From: a virus
Length of the DNA stretch: 45,306 bases
Strand: one strand, 5' to 3'
IMG/VR virus record: IMGVR_UViG_3300033146_001050
Coordinates: 1-45,306 of that record
Shown: positions 26,422 through 34,778 of the stretch, piece after piece
How the letters are laid out: every line of letters starts with the position of its first letter
Position numbering within the stretch: position 1 is the stretch's first letter
Position numbers and translations under genes: made by a program
The notes under the pieces: generated by a model
The model's database searches: none
What the model saw: the letters and a program-made list of their open reading frames with translations, nothing else
What the model was told of the DNA's origin: nothing

Positions 26422-28305
26422 TTACACTCCTAATAATTTGTAAGCATCCTTTGGATTCTTGTATTCTTTAAGCTCTGCCCAGTTACTGCCTAATTCCATG
26501 TCAGCTATAATTGGCACACGTAGTTTAACAGCTGTCTCCATAATATGTTTAGTTTCTATTGCTGCTTCTAAACCTTCTTTAGTCTTAGGAACAGATCCAT
26601 CTAGTTCATCATGTACTGTAATGTGCATGTTAATAACATCAAAGATACCTGCCGTATACACATCAAGCATTGCTTGCTTCATAAGGTCAGCAGCACTACC
26701 TTGATTAAGTCTACAGAACATAGTATAAGCTTTATTAGGATCGAGGAGCCTTGATCTTCTTTTTAAGAAAGTTCTTATGTACATTCTTCTCTTAGCAATA
26801 TCTTCAACCTTCTTTATTGTAGACTTAATAAATGGAGCATGTTTATGATAAGTATGCATTATATCATAAGCTACATCTAATGGCCATCTGTTTTCAAGAG
26901 CAAGTTTCTTAACACCCATTCCATAAGCTACTCCAAAGTTTACTACCTTAGCTTCTGATCGTTCTAAGCCTGTTAGATCCATAATGTACTGGTGATAGTC
27001 TGTGTAAGGATTATCATTGTAAGCAAGCTTAACAGCATCCGATCCTGGGCCTACTGAGAAGTGAGCCATGAACCTGTACTCTATCTGAGAATAGTCTATT
27101 TTCATCCACCAGCAGTCTTCAAAAGGTATAAAACATTCTCTAGCTTTTGTTCCGTAATACGTGCTTCTACTCTTAGCTGGTATCTGCTGTAAATTGGGAT
27201 TCGATGAAGAGAATCTTCCAGACCTTGTTCCGTTTTCGTCAGTTCTCATATTATTAAAGCTACAGTGTATAAGATTATTGATATCTTGAAAGTTCTTTAG
27301 GCTACCACCAACAAAGTTCTTACCAATTCTTGATGCTTTACCCATGTCAATTAAGTCTTCTACTATTTTCATTCCTACTGGATCTGTGTAGAACTGACCA
27401 TCTATTGTCTCAGCCTGTCCACCAGCTATTAAGTCTAAGAACTTACCTGTTATAGAAGGATTTCCCTTAGCTGTAATCTGCGGTGGTATGTCCATTTGCT
27501 CTAACATAAACATAAGATGAGCTTTTTTCTTATGATCCAGCTTGAAACCTAGCCTTTCGTTCAAAGACTTTTGATGATTAGCAGCACGATTCATTATTTC
27601 TAACTCGTTCTGTGCTCTTCTAGGTTCATCTATCTTAACACCAGTTCTTCTCATTTGTAATAATGGCCATAGCAAGTCACACTCTAAGCGCATAACAGGA
27701 ATTAACCCTTGGCTCTCAAGCATAGGTTCTTGCACCTTCCAAATTCTCATTGGTAAACCTATGTCCTGCATAACATAAGCTTCTACCATGTAGTGAGGCA
27801 TCTTCCATAACCATTTACGTGGATCACCTTCAAGGTTATTTTGTAAACAAAATGCTTTAGTTTTGTCGTCAGCTTTACCTTCTCCAAAGTATTTTGTACC
27901 CATGAAATCTAAGGTGTAGTGTCCTTGGTTTTCATCAAGTAAGGCTTCTGCTATTTCAATATCTACAATCTTCCCCTTAATAGGAAGCTTTAGCCAATTG
28001 ATACACCAGTCAAGATCATAGATTATGTGCTGACCTATAATAGTTACGTCATCTGGAAGTGATTCAAAGATAGCCACTAATCTACCGATGTTATTCTGTC
28101 TTACAGCCTCGGTACAATCATAGTGACCTAAGTTAATGTACTCTCTTTGCTCTAATTCATTCTGTAGACCTACGCCTAGTATATAACCATTGTTATTCCT
28201 GAAGTCTCTAGCTACACTCCTGTAAACTCCAGGCCCTCCGTTCTTTAGTTCTGGATCGAATGTTTCTATATCTAAGGATATAATTTTACTGTTCCTGAAG
28301 TTCAT
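26422..28305 (-). CDS. family A DNA polymerase with 3'-5' exonuclease domain
   Basis: Exo I ISLDIETFD. SSSNPNLQQIP. Motif A DYSQIEYR. Motif B EAKVVNFGVAYGMG. Motif C TVHDELD. Confidence 0.95.
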   Translation of the reverse strand: MNFRNSKIISLDIETFDPELKNGGPGVYRSVARDFRNNNGYILGVGLQNELEQREYINLGHYDCTEAVRQNNIGRLVAIFESLPDDVTIIGQHIIYDLDWCINWLKLPIKGKIVDIEIAEALLDENQGHYTLDFMGTKYFGEGKADDKTKAFCLQNNLEGDPRKWLWKMPHYMVEAYVMQDIGLPMRIWKVQEPMLESQGLIPVMRLECDLLWPLLQMRRTGVKIDEPRRAQNELEIMNRAANHQKSLNERLGFKLDHKKKAHLMFMLEQMDIPPQITAKGNPSITGKFLDLIAGGQAETIDGQFYTDPVGMKIVEDLIDMGKASRIGKNFVGGSLKNFQDINNLIHCSFNNMRTDENGTRSGRFSSSNPNLQQIPAKSRSTYYGTKARECFIPFEDCWWMKIDYSQIEYRFMAHFSVGPGSDAVKLAYNDNPYTDYHQYIMDLTGLERSEAKVVNFGVAYGMGVKKLALENRWPLDVAYDIMHTYHKHAPFIKSTIKKVEDIAKRRMYIRTFLKRRSRLLDPNKAYTMFCRLNQGSAADLMKQAMLDVYTAGIFDVINMHITVHDELDGSVPKTKEGLEAAIETKHIMETAVKLRVPIIADMELGSNWAELKEYKNPKDAYKLLGV

Positions 28306-28765
28306 TTAGTGGCTCCTTTTCAAAAAATGCTTTTGGTATCATCATACTAGGCAATATTTTTGTCTTCCTCTCTTTACTCTCTACAAGTTCTTCTGGAGTA
28401 CGTTTCTCTCTACGCACCTTAGCTGTCGCATAACATTCTTTGCAACAATACTTCTTATGAGGATGAGTTGTTGTGAAAGACGTTCCACACTCAACACAGG
28501 GTCTAGTTTTAGGTACAGGTTCTGGATGATAAGCTAACTGGTGTTCCTTGTAACATTCTTTACAACAATACCTTCTTTTATTATCGTTTGACTCAAACTC
28601 TTTTCCACAATGTATGCACTTCTTAGTTACAATAGGTTTCCTCTTATATTTATACAAGTGATCATTAACAGCGTTCCTACACTTATCACTACAATACTTT
28701 TGAGTTTGCCTGTAAGGTGTAAACATCTTACCACACTTAGCACAGCGTGTAAATAAAGTTCCCAT
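28286..28765 (-). CDS. triple zinc-ribbon protein
   Basis: Three repeats of C-x2-CG-x-x-F-x8-10-YC-x3-C (CAKCGKMF...YCSDKC, CIHCGKEF...YCCKEC, CVECGTSF...YCCKEC). The ATG at 28765 has GGAGG 6 nt upstream; the ORF-track start at 28804 lies inside repeat copy C. Confidence 0.6.
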   Translation of the reverse strand: MGTLFTRCAKCGKMFTPYRQTQKYCSDKCRNAVNDHLYKYKRKPIVTKKCIHCGKEFESNDNKRRYCCKECYKEHQLAYHPEPVPKTRPCVECGTSFTTTHPHKKYCCKECYATAKVRREKRTPEELVESKERKTKILPSMMIPKAFFEKEPLNELQEQ

Positions 28766-28791
28766 AATTCGCCTCCATGACTCATTCTGAC

Positions 28792-28887
28792 TTTCAATAT
28801 TCATTGACTAGACTATAAAATACCCTAGACTGGTACACTTATATCATTTTAAATTACTCTTCATCCGTCAATGACTTGTTTAAAGAG
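28792..28887. repeat. ~96-bp intergenic element, copy C
   Basis: tttcaatattcattgactagac ... acacttatatc ... tcttcatccgtcaatgacttgtttaaagag. Its right end overlaps the last 11 codons of the MazG-like gene. Confidence 0.85.
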
Positions 28888-29192
28888 CGATTCCTGTCAT
28901 GGGTGTTCCAATTAGTAATTCTAGTAGAAAGTCTTTTTAACTTTTGATCTTTACAATCTAATAAAACTTCTTCTTTTATTTTGAACAGTTCTTTAAGTTG
29001 TTCTGTCATGATTTCTACATCTGCAAGTTCTAGTACTAAGTAGCTAGTAGACCTGTTACAATCTGGTCTTAAGTACTTAGTGAGTTCTTTTATCAACTCA
29101 GCATACTCTTCTATAGCTACTACTATTTCAGTCTCTTTTCCAAAGGCAGCTACAGCAGCTTTGTATAGTTCTTTTCTACTGTCATAGTTCAT
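28854..29192 (-). CDS. MazG-like nucleotide pyrophosphohydrolase
   Basis: IEEYAELIKEL ... LELADVEIMTEQL gives the E-E-x-x-E and E-x-x-D helices typical of all-alpha NTP-PPases. Confidence 0.55.
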   Translation of the reverse strand: MNYDSRKELYKAAVAAFGKETEIVVAIEEYAELIKELTKYLRPDCNRSTSYLVLELADVEIMTEQLKELFKIKEEVLLDCKDQKLKRLSTRITNWNTHDRNRSLNKSLTDEE

Positions 29193-29374
29193 TTGTTCTC
29201 CTCCCTTCTACGCATGACTCCCCACCAAAGTATTTGACCACACTTACATTCTAGCATTTCAGTAGCTAGTACATCGAACTCAATAGTGTCCATTGCAGAT
29301 GGTCTATGCTTGTCTTCCAATAGTTTCATAGTATTTGACTGTCTACCACATTTAGGACAGTGATAAGTTGTCAT
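29189..29374 (-). CDS. small zinc-ribbon protein
   Basis: CPKCG ... CKCG. 61 aa. 4-nt overlaps on both sides. Confidence 0.45.
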   Translation of the reverse strand: MTTYHCPKCGRQSNTMKLLEDKHRPSAMDTIEFDVLATEMLECKCGQILWWGVMRRREENK

Positions 29375-30804
29375 TTCTTGTCTCCTAGTATATTTAACAT
29401 TTTAAACGTGTCACTGTACGAGTGTTTAGACTCGGAATGTATTATGTGTAACTTGTTCTTTGCCCTTGTACATGCTACATATAGACAGCGTAGCTCGCTA
29501 TCTGTCAAGTTGTCTAAGTTCTTATGAATAGTTCTTGTTACATCCATTAACAATATTACGTTGTCAGCTTCGCCGCCTTTTACTCCATGAATAGTATTAA
29601 CCATTATCTTAGAGTCTTTGAGTACTGTCTTGTTTTCAATTAACTTCCTGTAGTAGAAGGACTCGTCAGGTGTTAAAGATAGTGCATCATACCACTGTAA
29701 ATTTGACACATGTGTTTTAATATCCTTCTTAAGATACTGTCTAACGGAAATAACTTTGTTGATCTCTAAAGTTCCGTTTTTGTAAGACTCAAAGTTGTTT
29801 ATAGCTTTGACCATAGAAGGCGATATAGAAGCCTTAGTCTTAAGTGTGTAGTACATGGCTTGCTTTTGTAGTTCTTCTGTGTACCGTTTCAAGTGACAAT
29901 TATTACGTCCTAAACAATAGTAAGTTTCATCTGGATTAAACTTTACTTCACTCACATTGTTGTAATAATGTATTTCTCCTCCGTCTTCTACAGGGGAGAA
30001 GTCTTTCTCTACTCTATGCGAAATCATAGAACTTATTTGTTTACTAAAGTCTAAGAGATTTTTTTTCAGTCTCCAACTCTTATCAAGGATTGTTCTGTTA
30101 CCCTTAACATTTAAGAAGTAGTCAACGTCAGCTCCAGACCACTCAAAGATTGCTTGGTCATCGTCTCCTGCTATGTAAACTCTCTTAGCTTTATTGAATA
30201 AAGCACCACAGACCTTCCATTGTAATGTTGTAAGATCCTGCGCTTCATCTATAATTGCAACATCTACGTCTAGCTGTACGTTAGCTTTTAAAGCTCTGAG
30301 TAGCAAGTCACTGTAGTCAATCTTTTTTATATGCTTTTTGAACTTAGTATAGTTTTTCTCTACATAGTTTAATTGCTGTAAGTTAAGATCCATAGTAGCT
30401 AGCATCTTATGAAACATATGAGGATTATTTAGTTTCATTAAGTTCATGTGTAGATACCTGTCATCTGTGTTATGTAAATCTTCTGTGTAAAAGCCAGTAA
30501 AACTCATACCTACAGCTTTAGAGAGTTCTCTGTAGTCCTTCTTGGCTATCATATCTCCAGGTTTTATGCATAACTCTCTAAAGCATATAGAATGAATAGT
30601 CCTAAAATATCTAAACTCTTTAACAGGAAACTTAAACTTTTCTCTAGCTCTCTTAAGTCCTTCTTCTGAACCTTTCTTAGTGAAAGATACATAAGCTATT
30701 CTTCTAGGTTCTACTTCTTTTAGTTCTGTTTCTAGTATATCCATGAGCTTCCTAGTCTTGCCACAGCCAGGCGCTCCGAATATAATTTCTACTGCTCTAT
30801 TCAT
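29371..30804 (-). CDS. superfamily 1 DNA helicase (UvrD/Dda-like)
   Basis: Walker A GAPGCGKT. Walker B IIDEAQD. IAGDDDQAIFEW. TIHGVKGGEADNV. LYVACTRAKNKL. Confidence 0.85.
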   Translation of the reverse strand: MNRAVEIIFGAPGCGKTRKLMDILETELKEVEPRRIAYVSFTKKGSEEGLKRAREKFKFPVKEFRYFRTIHSICFRELCIKPGDMIAKKDYRELSKAVGMSFTGFYTEDLHNTDDRYLHMNLMKLNNPHMFHKMLATMDLNLQQLNYVEKNYTKFKKHIKKIDYSDLLLRALKANVQLDVDVAIIDEAQDLTTLQWKVCGALFNKAKRVYIAGDDDQAIFEWSGADVDYFLNVKGNRTILDKSWRLKKNLLDFSKQISSMISHRVEKDFSPVEDGGEIHYYNNVSEVKFNPDETYYCLGRNNCHLKRYTEELQKQAMYYTLKTKASISPSMVKAINNFESYKNGTLEINKVISVRQYLKKDIKTHVSNLQWYDALSLTPDESFYYRKLIENKTVLKDSKIMVNTIHGVKGGEADNVILLMDVTRTIHKNLDNLTDSELRCLYVACTRAKNKLHIIHSESKHSYSDTFKMLNILGDKK

Positions 30805-30805
30805 T

Positions 30806-32407
30806 TTAAAAATCCTCGTTTATATCGTAGTCATCAAAGTCTATTTCAAATAGATCCGGATCCGGATTAGTAAATTCTTCGTCTATATCATTCTTAGCTA
30901 TAGCCGTTAGTCTAATCATGCTAGCTGTTTCATCTCTTCTAGTTACTTTTCTTGTATGTAAATCTCTTAGTAGACCGTGAATCTGTGCCTGAGAGAAGTC
31001 TCTAAAGTTTTTAATTCCAAACAAGTAGTCTACAAGATCTTTTGTTCTAAACAAATACTCTTCCTTAGACTTATCATAGTAAACTCTCTTAGCCTTCACT
31101 TGTGCTATAGTAGTAGCCATTGATCTAGCTGTAAGAAACTCAAAGAATAGTCTTCTAAATCTAAGGACTGGAGATGTGTCGTCAGAGGAGTCTATATCTT
31201 CTATCTGCATCTCAATTAGGGCTTGATTAACTAACTTAAACCATTCTGACTGTTTTAGTTTGAATGGTAGGAAGCGAATCTCTCTCATACACAATCTTAA
31301 AAAAGCGTCTTGCTTAATTATTTCATCTTCATTGTCAAACCTTAGTCTCTTAAATTTATCTTCTTCTGAAACTTTTACTTCCCACTCGTAGTAAGGTGCG
31401 TATCCCTTGTACTGTGTCATATTACCAAAGATCAAGTTAGAGAATAAACCTCCGTCCTTTCCTATACCGTAGGCTCTTCTCTGACATATTTTCTTGTCGC
31501 AGTAGTCTATACATGGGCTTGCTGTACATCTGTAAGAGTAATCTTTTTTACGCAAAGATGACATTACAGTAGTCTCAAGTTCTTCTGGAGTTAACGGAAC
31601 TTCTAGCTTAGAGTTTATTTCTGCTAACTCTGCTTCAAAGTAGTTTTCATCTTTCTTCTTAAGATACACTCCGAATGAGAAAAGATAGTTATTTCTATTT
31701 TGTTTAGTTCCTCCTATTAAGTTTAGTGTTTGTAAACATGGCGGAGCTTCATTATATGGAAGTTCTGCTATGCAATCTTCAAATTCTACTATGGATGTCA
31801 GTTTATTACTAGCAAATAGTACTCCTTCGTCAAAGGATAAAGTTTTACCTTTAGATATAACTTTCTGTACAGAGTCGTCCCCACCAAAGTAAGGTAAGTT
31901 TATCCAGCTACCAGCTTGATTCGGAGATAACTTAATTTGCTTAGGAAATATTTCTAATGTTTCGTTCTTTACTTGCTTAACAAGCAAAGATATACCTAAA
32001 ACTAAAGCAGCTTTACGTGCTATACTTACTGCTGTTTTAGCCTTTATGAATGTCTTAAAGAATATGTAGAAATGCAAACCTCCAGACTTGCTATAGAAAG
32101 GAACTATAGGTAAGGAGAACTCATCTATAGCCCTTATGTACATGGACAAGTCACGGTCATAAATATCTACATCTAAAACTACAAACTTACAATTACTGTC
32201 TTGATCTATTGGTACTATACCTAAACCAGTTTTGCCTTCTATATGCTCTTTATATAAAGCTTCTGTTACTAACTTATTAGTAACAGTGGAACTAATACCT
32301 TCTTCCTTACTGCCACGAGTCACTTTTTTGTAAACATGTTTACCGTAAGCACTCTTGTTTCCAGTAAATAGTTTTTGGAATGTATCTAAGCTGACTATTC
32401 TGCCCAT
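30806..32407 (-). CDS. AEP-type primase-polymerase (putative replicative primase)
   Basis: FVVLDVDIYD (DxD) and YSKSGGLHFYIFF (sGGxH) motifs. 533 aa with a Cys-containing central region and a long C-terminal domain. Confidence 0.6.
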   Translation of the reverse strand: MGRIVSLDTFQKLFTGNKSAYGKHVYKKVTRGSKEEGISSTVTNKLVTEALYKEHIEGKTGLGIVPIDQDSNCKFVVLDVDIYDRDLSMYIRAIDEFSLPIVPFYSKSGGLHFYIFFKTFIKAKTAVSIARKAALVLGISLLVKQVKNETLEIFPKQIKLSPNQAGSWINLPYFGGDDSVQKVISKGKTLSFDEGVLFASNKLTSIVEFEDCIAELPYNEAPPCLQTLNLIGGTKQNRNNYLFSFGVYLKKKDENYFEAELAEINSKLEVPLTPEELETTVMSSLRKKDYSYRCTASPCIDYCDKKICQRRAYGIGKDGGLFSNLIFGNMTQYKGYAPYYEWEVKVSEEDKFKRLRFDNEDEIIKQDAFLRLCMREIRFLPFKLKQSEWFKLVNQALIEMQIEDIDSSDDTSPVLRFRRLFFEFLTARSMATTIAQVKAKRVYYDKSKEEYLFRTKDLVDYLFGIKNFRDFSQAQIHGLLRDLHTRKVTRRDETASMIRLTAIAKNDIDEEFTNPDPDLFEIDFDDYDINEDF

Positions 32408-32419
32408 TTGTTGCCTCTG

Positions 32420-33094
32420 TTAGTAACGATTAAACTTTGTCATGTAGGCTTTCTCTAAGTCCTTGTCAGCTCTTAAAAACTCAAGAACACTGTTTAGTTT
32501 ATTGAATATATCCTTTTCAAGTTTCTTAAAGTCTTCTACAATATATGTAACTTCTTGCACATCTACTAGAGTTTCTGTTTTATTGTCAAAAATGAATGAT
32601 AGATAAGAAAACTTAGGATTCTGTTTACAGTAACAATAGATCTTATGTTGCCATCCAGAAAGATATTGATTCTTACCTTTAAAGTTACCAGTAGTTTTAA
32701 TGTCCCATATAGGATAGTTTCCTTCTTTGTAAAGGTCAATCTTTCCATACAGTAAGAAGTCTCTTAAGTTTCCTTTACTATCAGGAACAGTTACTATCTG
32801 TTTAGCCTTCTCTTGATATAACATACCTTCACTGTTAATAAGCTTAAACATCTTATCGTATTTGTCTTGTGCGTCTGGATGTATTTTGTAACTACATTTT
32901 CTACCGTCACATATATCTTTCTCAAACTTCATTCCTCGTTCTATAGCAGCTTTACTCTTAGTATCAGGATCCCAAATTCTATTGAGAGTGTTACTCAGAC
33001 CTTTATATGCACTGCCCTTCCAACTTGGAGGACACTTCTCTAACCAATCTATACTATTCCACATTGTAGGGGTCATTAACAGTTGTCTTGACAT
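32420..33094 (-). CDS. PD-(D/E)XK exonuclease (RecB/Cas4-like fold)
   Basis: YGKIDLY ... IWDIKTT ... GWQHKIYCY gives D...D-x-K...Q-x-x-x-Y. Confidence 0.55.
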   Translation of the reverse strand: MSRQLLMTPTMWNSIDWLEKCPPSWKGSAYKGLSNTLNRIWDPDTKSKAAIERGMKFEKDICDGRKCSYKIHPDAQDKYDKMFKLINSEGMLYQEKAKQIVTVPDSKGNLRDFLLYGKIDLYKEGNYPIWDIKTTGNFKGKNQYLSGWQHKIYCYCKQNPKFSYLSFIFDNKTETLVDVQEVTYIVEDFKKLEKDIFNKLNSVLEFLRADKDLEKAYMTKFNRY

Positions 33095-33109
33095 AATACT
33101 TCCTTAAGT

Positions 33110-33136
33110 TGAAATAACCCACTGTCTCCAGTGGGC
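33110..33136 (-). terminator. rho-independent terminator after the SSB-like gene
   Basis: Minus strand reads cccactg-gaga-cagtggg followed by ttatttc. Confidence 0.65.
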
Positions 33137-33143
33137 TTTATTA

Positions 33144-33899
33144 TTAAAGTTCGTCGTCGTCTTCGTACTCTTCAGTACTTGCAGTAGACTTGTTCTCAAT
33201 TAAAGTGTAGTCAACAGTTTTGTCAGGAAGTGCCTTACGTTCTGCAACAATAAGCTCATACTGTGTCTCTGTAATGTAGTGACTCAGTTTGTAAGTAGGG
33301 ATAAACCACTGGTTTTGACCATCGTTCTTAAGAAAACTGTTCAGGTCAAATACTAAGTAGTAAGGAACGGCTTTAATTTTCTTAGATACACCTTCTTCAT
33401 CTTCAACAGTCATCATGTGAGTAGTCATCACACGATTAAGTTCCTTAGCTGACTTAAGAGCTGTACTGGTTACTGACCATACTATTGGACCTTCTTCTTC
33501 TCTACCTTCTACGAGTGTAAAGTAAGTAAAGTATTCTGTAAGGTCATTGCCATCGGCAGTTTTCCATTTACCAAAGGTCTTGTCTACGGCAAGTCTTGCC
33601 GCATTTTCAGGAGTGTGTCTATCTACAAGACCTCCTCTGTCTGCCTTCCATTCGAGATAAATATGCTCAAACTTAAGAATTATTACAGAGACAGAAGTTC
33701 CTAGAATCTCTTTTGTTATGTTGTTAAAGAACATACCAGGTTCCAGTCCTTCTATTTGTACTCCACTACTCTTACGAGTTTCTTGTGAAAGATCCTGTGC
33801 CAATTTGAGAAACGGCACAGCCATTGTGCTTAAGTCGATTCCTTCAAAACCATTCAGAGAATCTTCTGCTTTGTGAACAAAATTTAGTTTCTTAGCCAT
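33144..33899 (-). CDS. ssDNA-binding-like protein (putative)
   Basis: 251 aa with an acidic C-terminal tail EEYEDDDEL. Sits in the replication module and has its own terminator. The fold was not recognised. Confidence 0.35.
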   Translation of the reverse strand: MAKKLNFVHKAEDSLNGFEGIDLSTMAVPFLKLAQDLSQETRKSSGVQIEGLEPGMFFNNITKEILGTSVSVIILKFEHIYLEWKADRGGLVDRHTPENAARLAVDKTFGKWKTADGNDLTEYFTYFTLVEGREEEGPIVWSVTSTALKSAKELNRVMTTHMMTVEDEEGVSKKIKAVPYYLVFDLNSFLKNDGQNQWFIPTYKLSHYITETQYELIVAERKALPDKTVDYTLIENKSTASTEEYEDDDEL

Positions 33900-33937
33900 T
33901 TGTAGCTCCTGTTATTATATTTAGTCCTTAACAAGGA

Positions 33938-34486
33938 CTATTTTATTTTAGTTGTGCGTATGTCGTAGACTTTCATCCATTCAGGTAAAGACTCTTTACC
34001 TTCTTGTGCAATAAGTTCTTTGAAATACTTCTTTTTTGTCTGTGCATGAACACCTTCTGTTACTCCGTAGTCTATGTCATTATCTGCAAAGAAGTCAAAT
34101 ACCTTGTCCCGGTCTGCTTTGTCGAGTTTAGATATAATAAAGCTTGTTTTTACAATATCCATGTCATCACGTTCAGCTAAAAACTTCATAAAGTCAGCTT
34201 CCTTATTCTTAGGAAAACTTACGCTTGTATCGGTCTTTACAGTAACCTCTCTACCTCCCTTTAATTTAAGTCCTTCAAAACCAAACTGTAACAGAAAATT
34301 AGGAATAGCTTCCTGTGATAGTCTGTTAAATGCTTGTTTAGCTGTCTTTAACTCTGCTTCCTTGTCTGCTATAAGTTCTTCGGCAAGCTTGAACTCATGT
34401 ACAAGACCTTCTACTGTAGCCAATTCTGTTGCAGTTATTGATTTACTCTCTGTAACAGACCCTAAGAAACCTGGTGCCTTAGTCAT
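33938..34486 (-). CDS. hypothetical replication-module protein
   Basis: ORF track. 182 aa. N-terminal coiled coil. Confidence 0.4.
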   Translation of the reverse strand: MTKAPGFLGSVTESKSITATELATVEGLVHEFKLAEELIADKEAELKTAKQAFNRLSQEAIPNFLLQFGFEGLKLKGGREVTVKTDTSVSFPKNKEADFMKFLAERDDMDIVKTSFIISKLDKADRDKVFDFFADNDIDYGVTEGVHAQTKKKYFKELIAQEGKESLPEWMKVYDIRTTKIK

Positions 34487-34775
34487 CTTTTACCTCCGTA
34501 ATTTTATATGTTGATACCTTTTTAATACAAGGTATCATTTCATTAAGCGACAATTCTCTGCCTCTATCTTCCTTACTGATTCTTAAATCTACAGTTGTAA
34601 ACTTAGCTGTTAAGCAAGCCATATCATAGGGCAATATGCCTAGTACATGTCTGCCTATTACTTCGCTTTCTTTGACAAAACAGAATACTGGTGTGCCTTG
34701 TTCAGCATACCCCATTTCTATAAAGTAGTCGGCTAGGGCCTTGTGTCTAGTTACAATTATCTTTTCTAGTTTCAT
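34479..34775 (-). CDS. Csx16 / Cas_VVA1548-like small protein (tentative)
   Basis: IIVTRHKALADYF ... VIGRHVLGILPYDMACL ... RGRELSLNEM resembles my memory of the VVA1548-family consensus (VTRHpGA ... G-x-LP-x-x-LA ... RG-x-ELs). Confidence 0.35.
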   Translation of the reverse strand: MKLEKIIVTRHKALADYFIEMGYAEQGTPVFCFVKESEVIGRHVLGILPYDMACLTAKFTTVDLRISKEDRGRELSLNEMIPCIKKVSTYKITEVKDD

Positions 34776-34778
34776 AAT

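Noticed and set aside
28766-28804. Upstream ATG (28804) given by the ORF track for the triple zinc-ribbon gene
   Set aside because: That ATG lies within the conserved left end of repeat copy C (tcaatgaatattgaaa) and has no RBS. The ATG at 28765 has GGAGG at ideal spacing.
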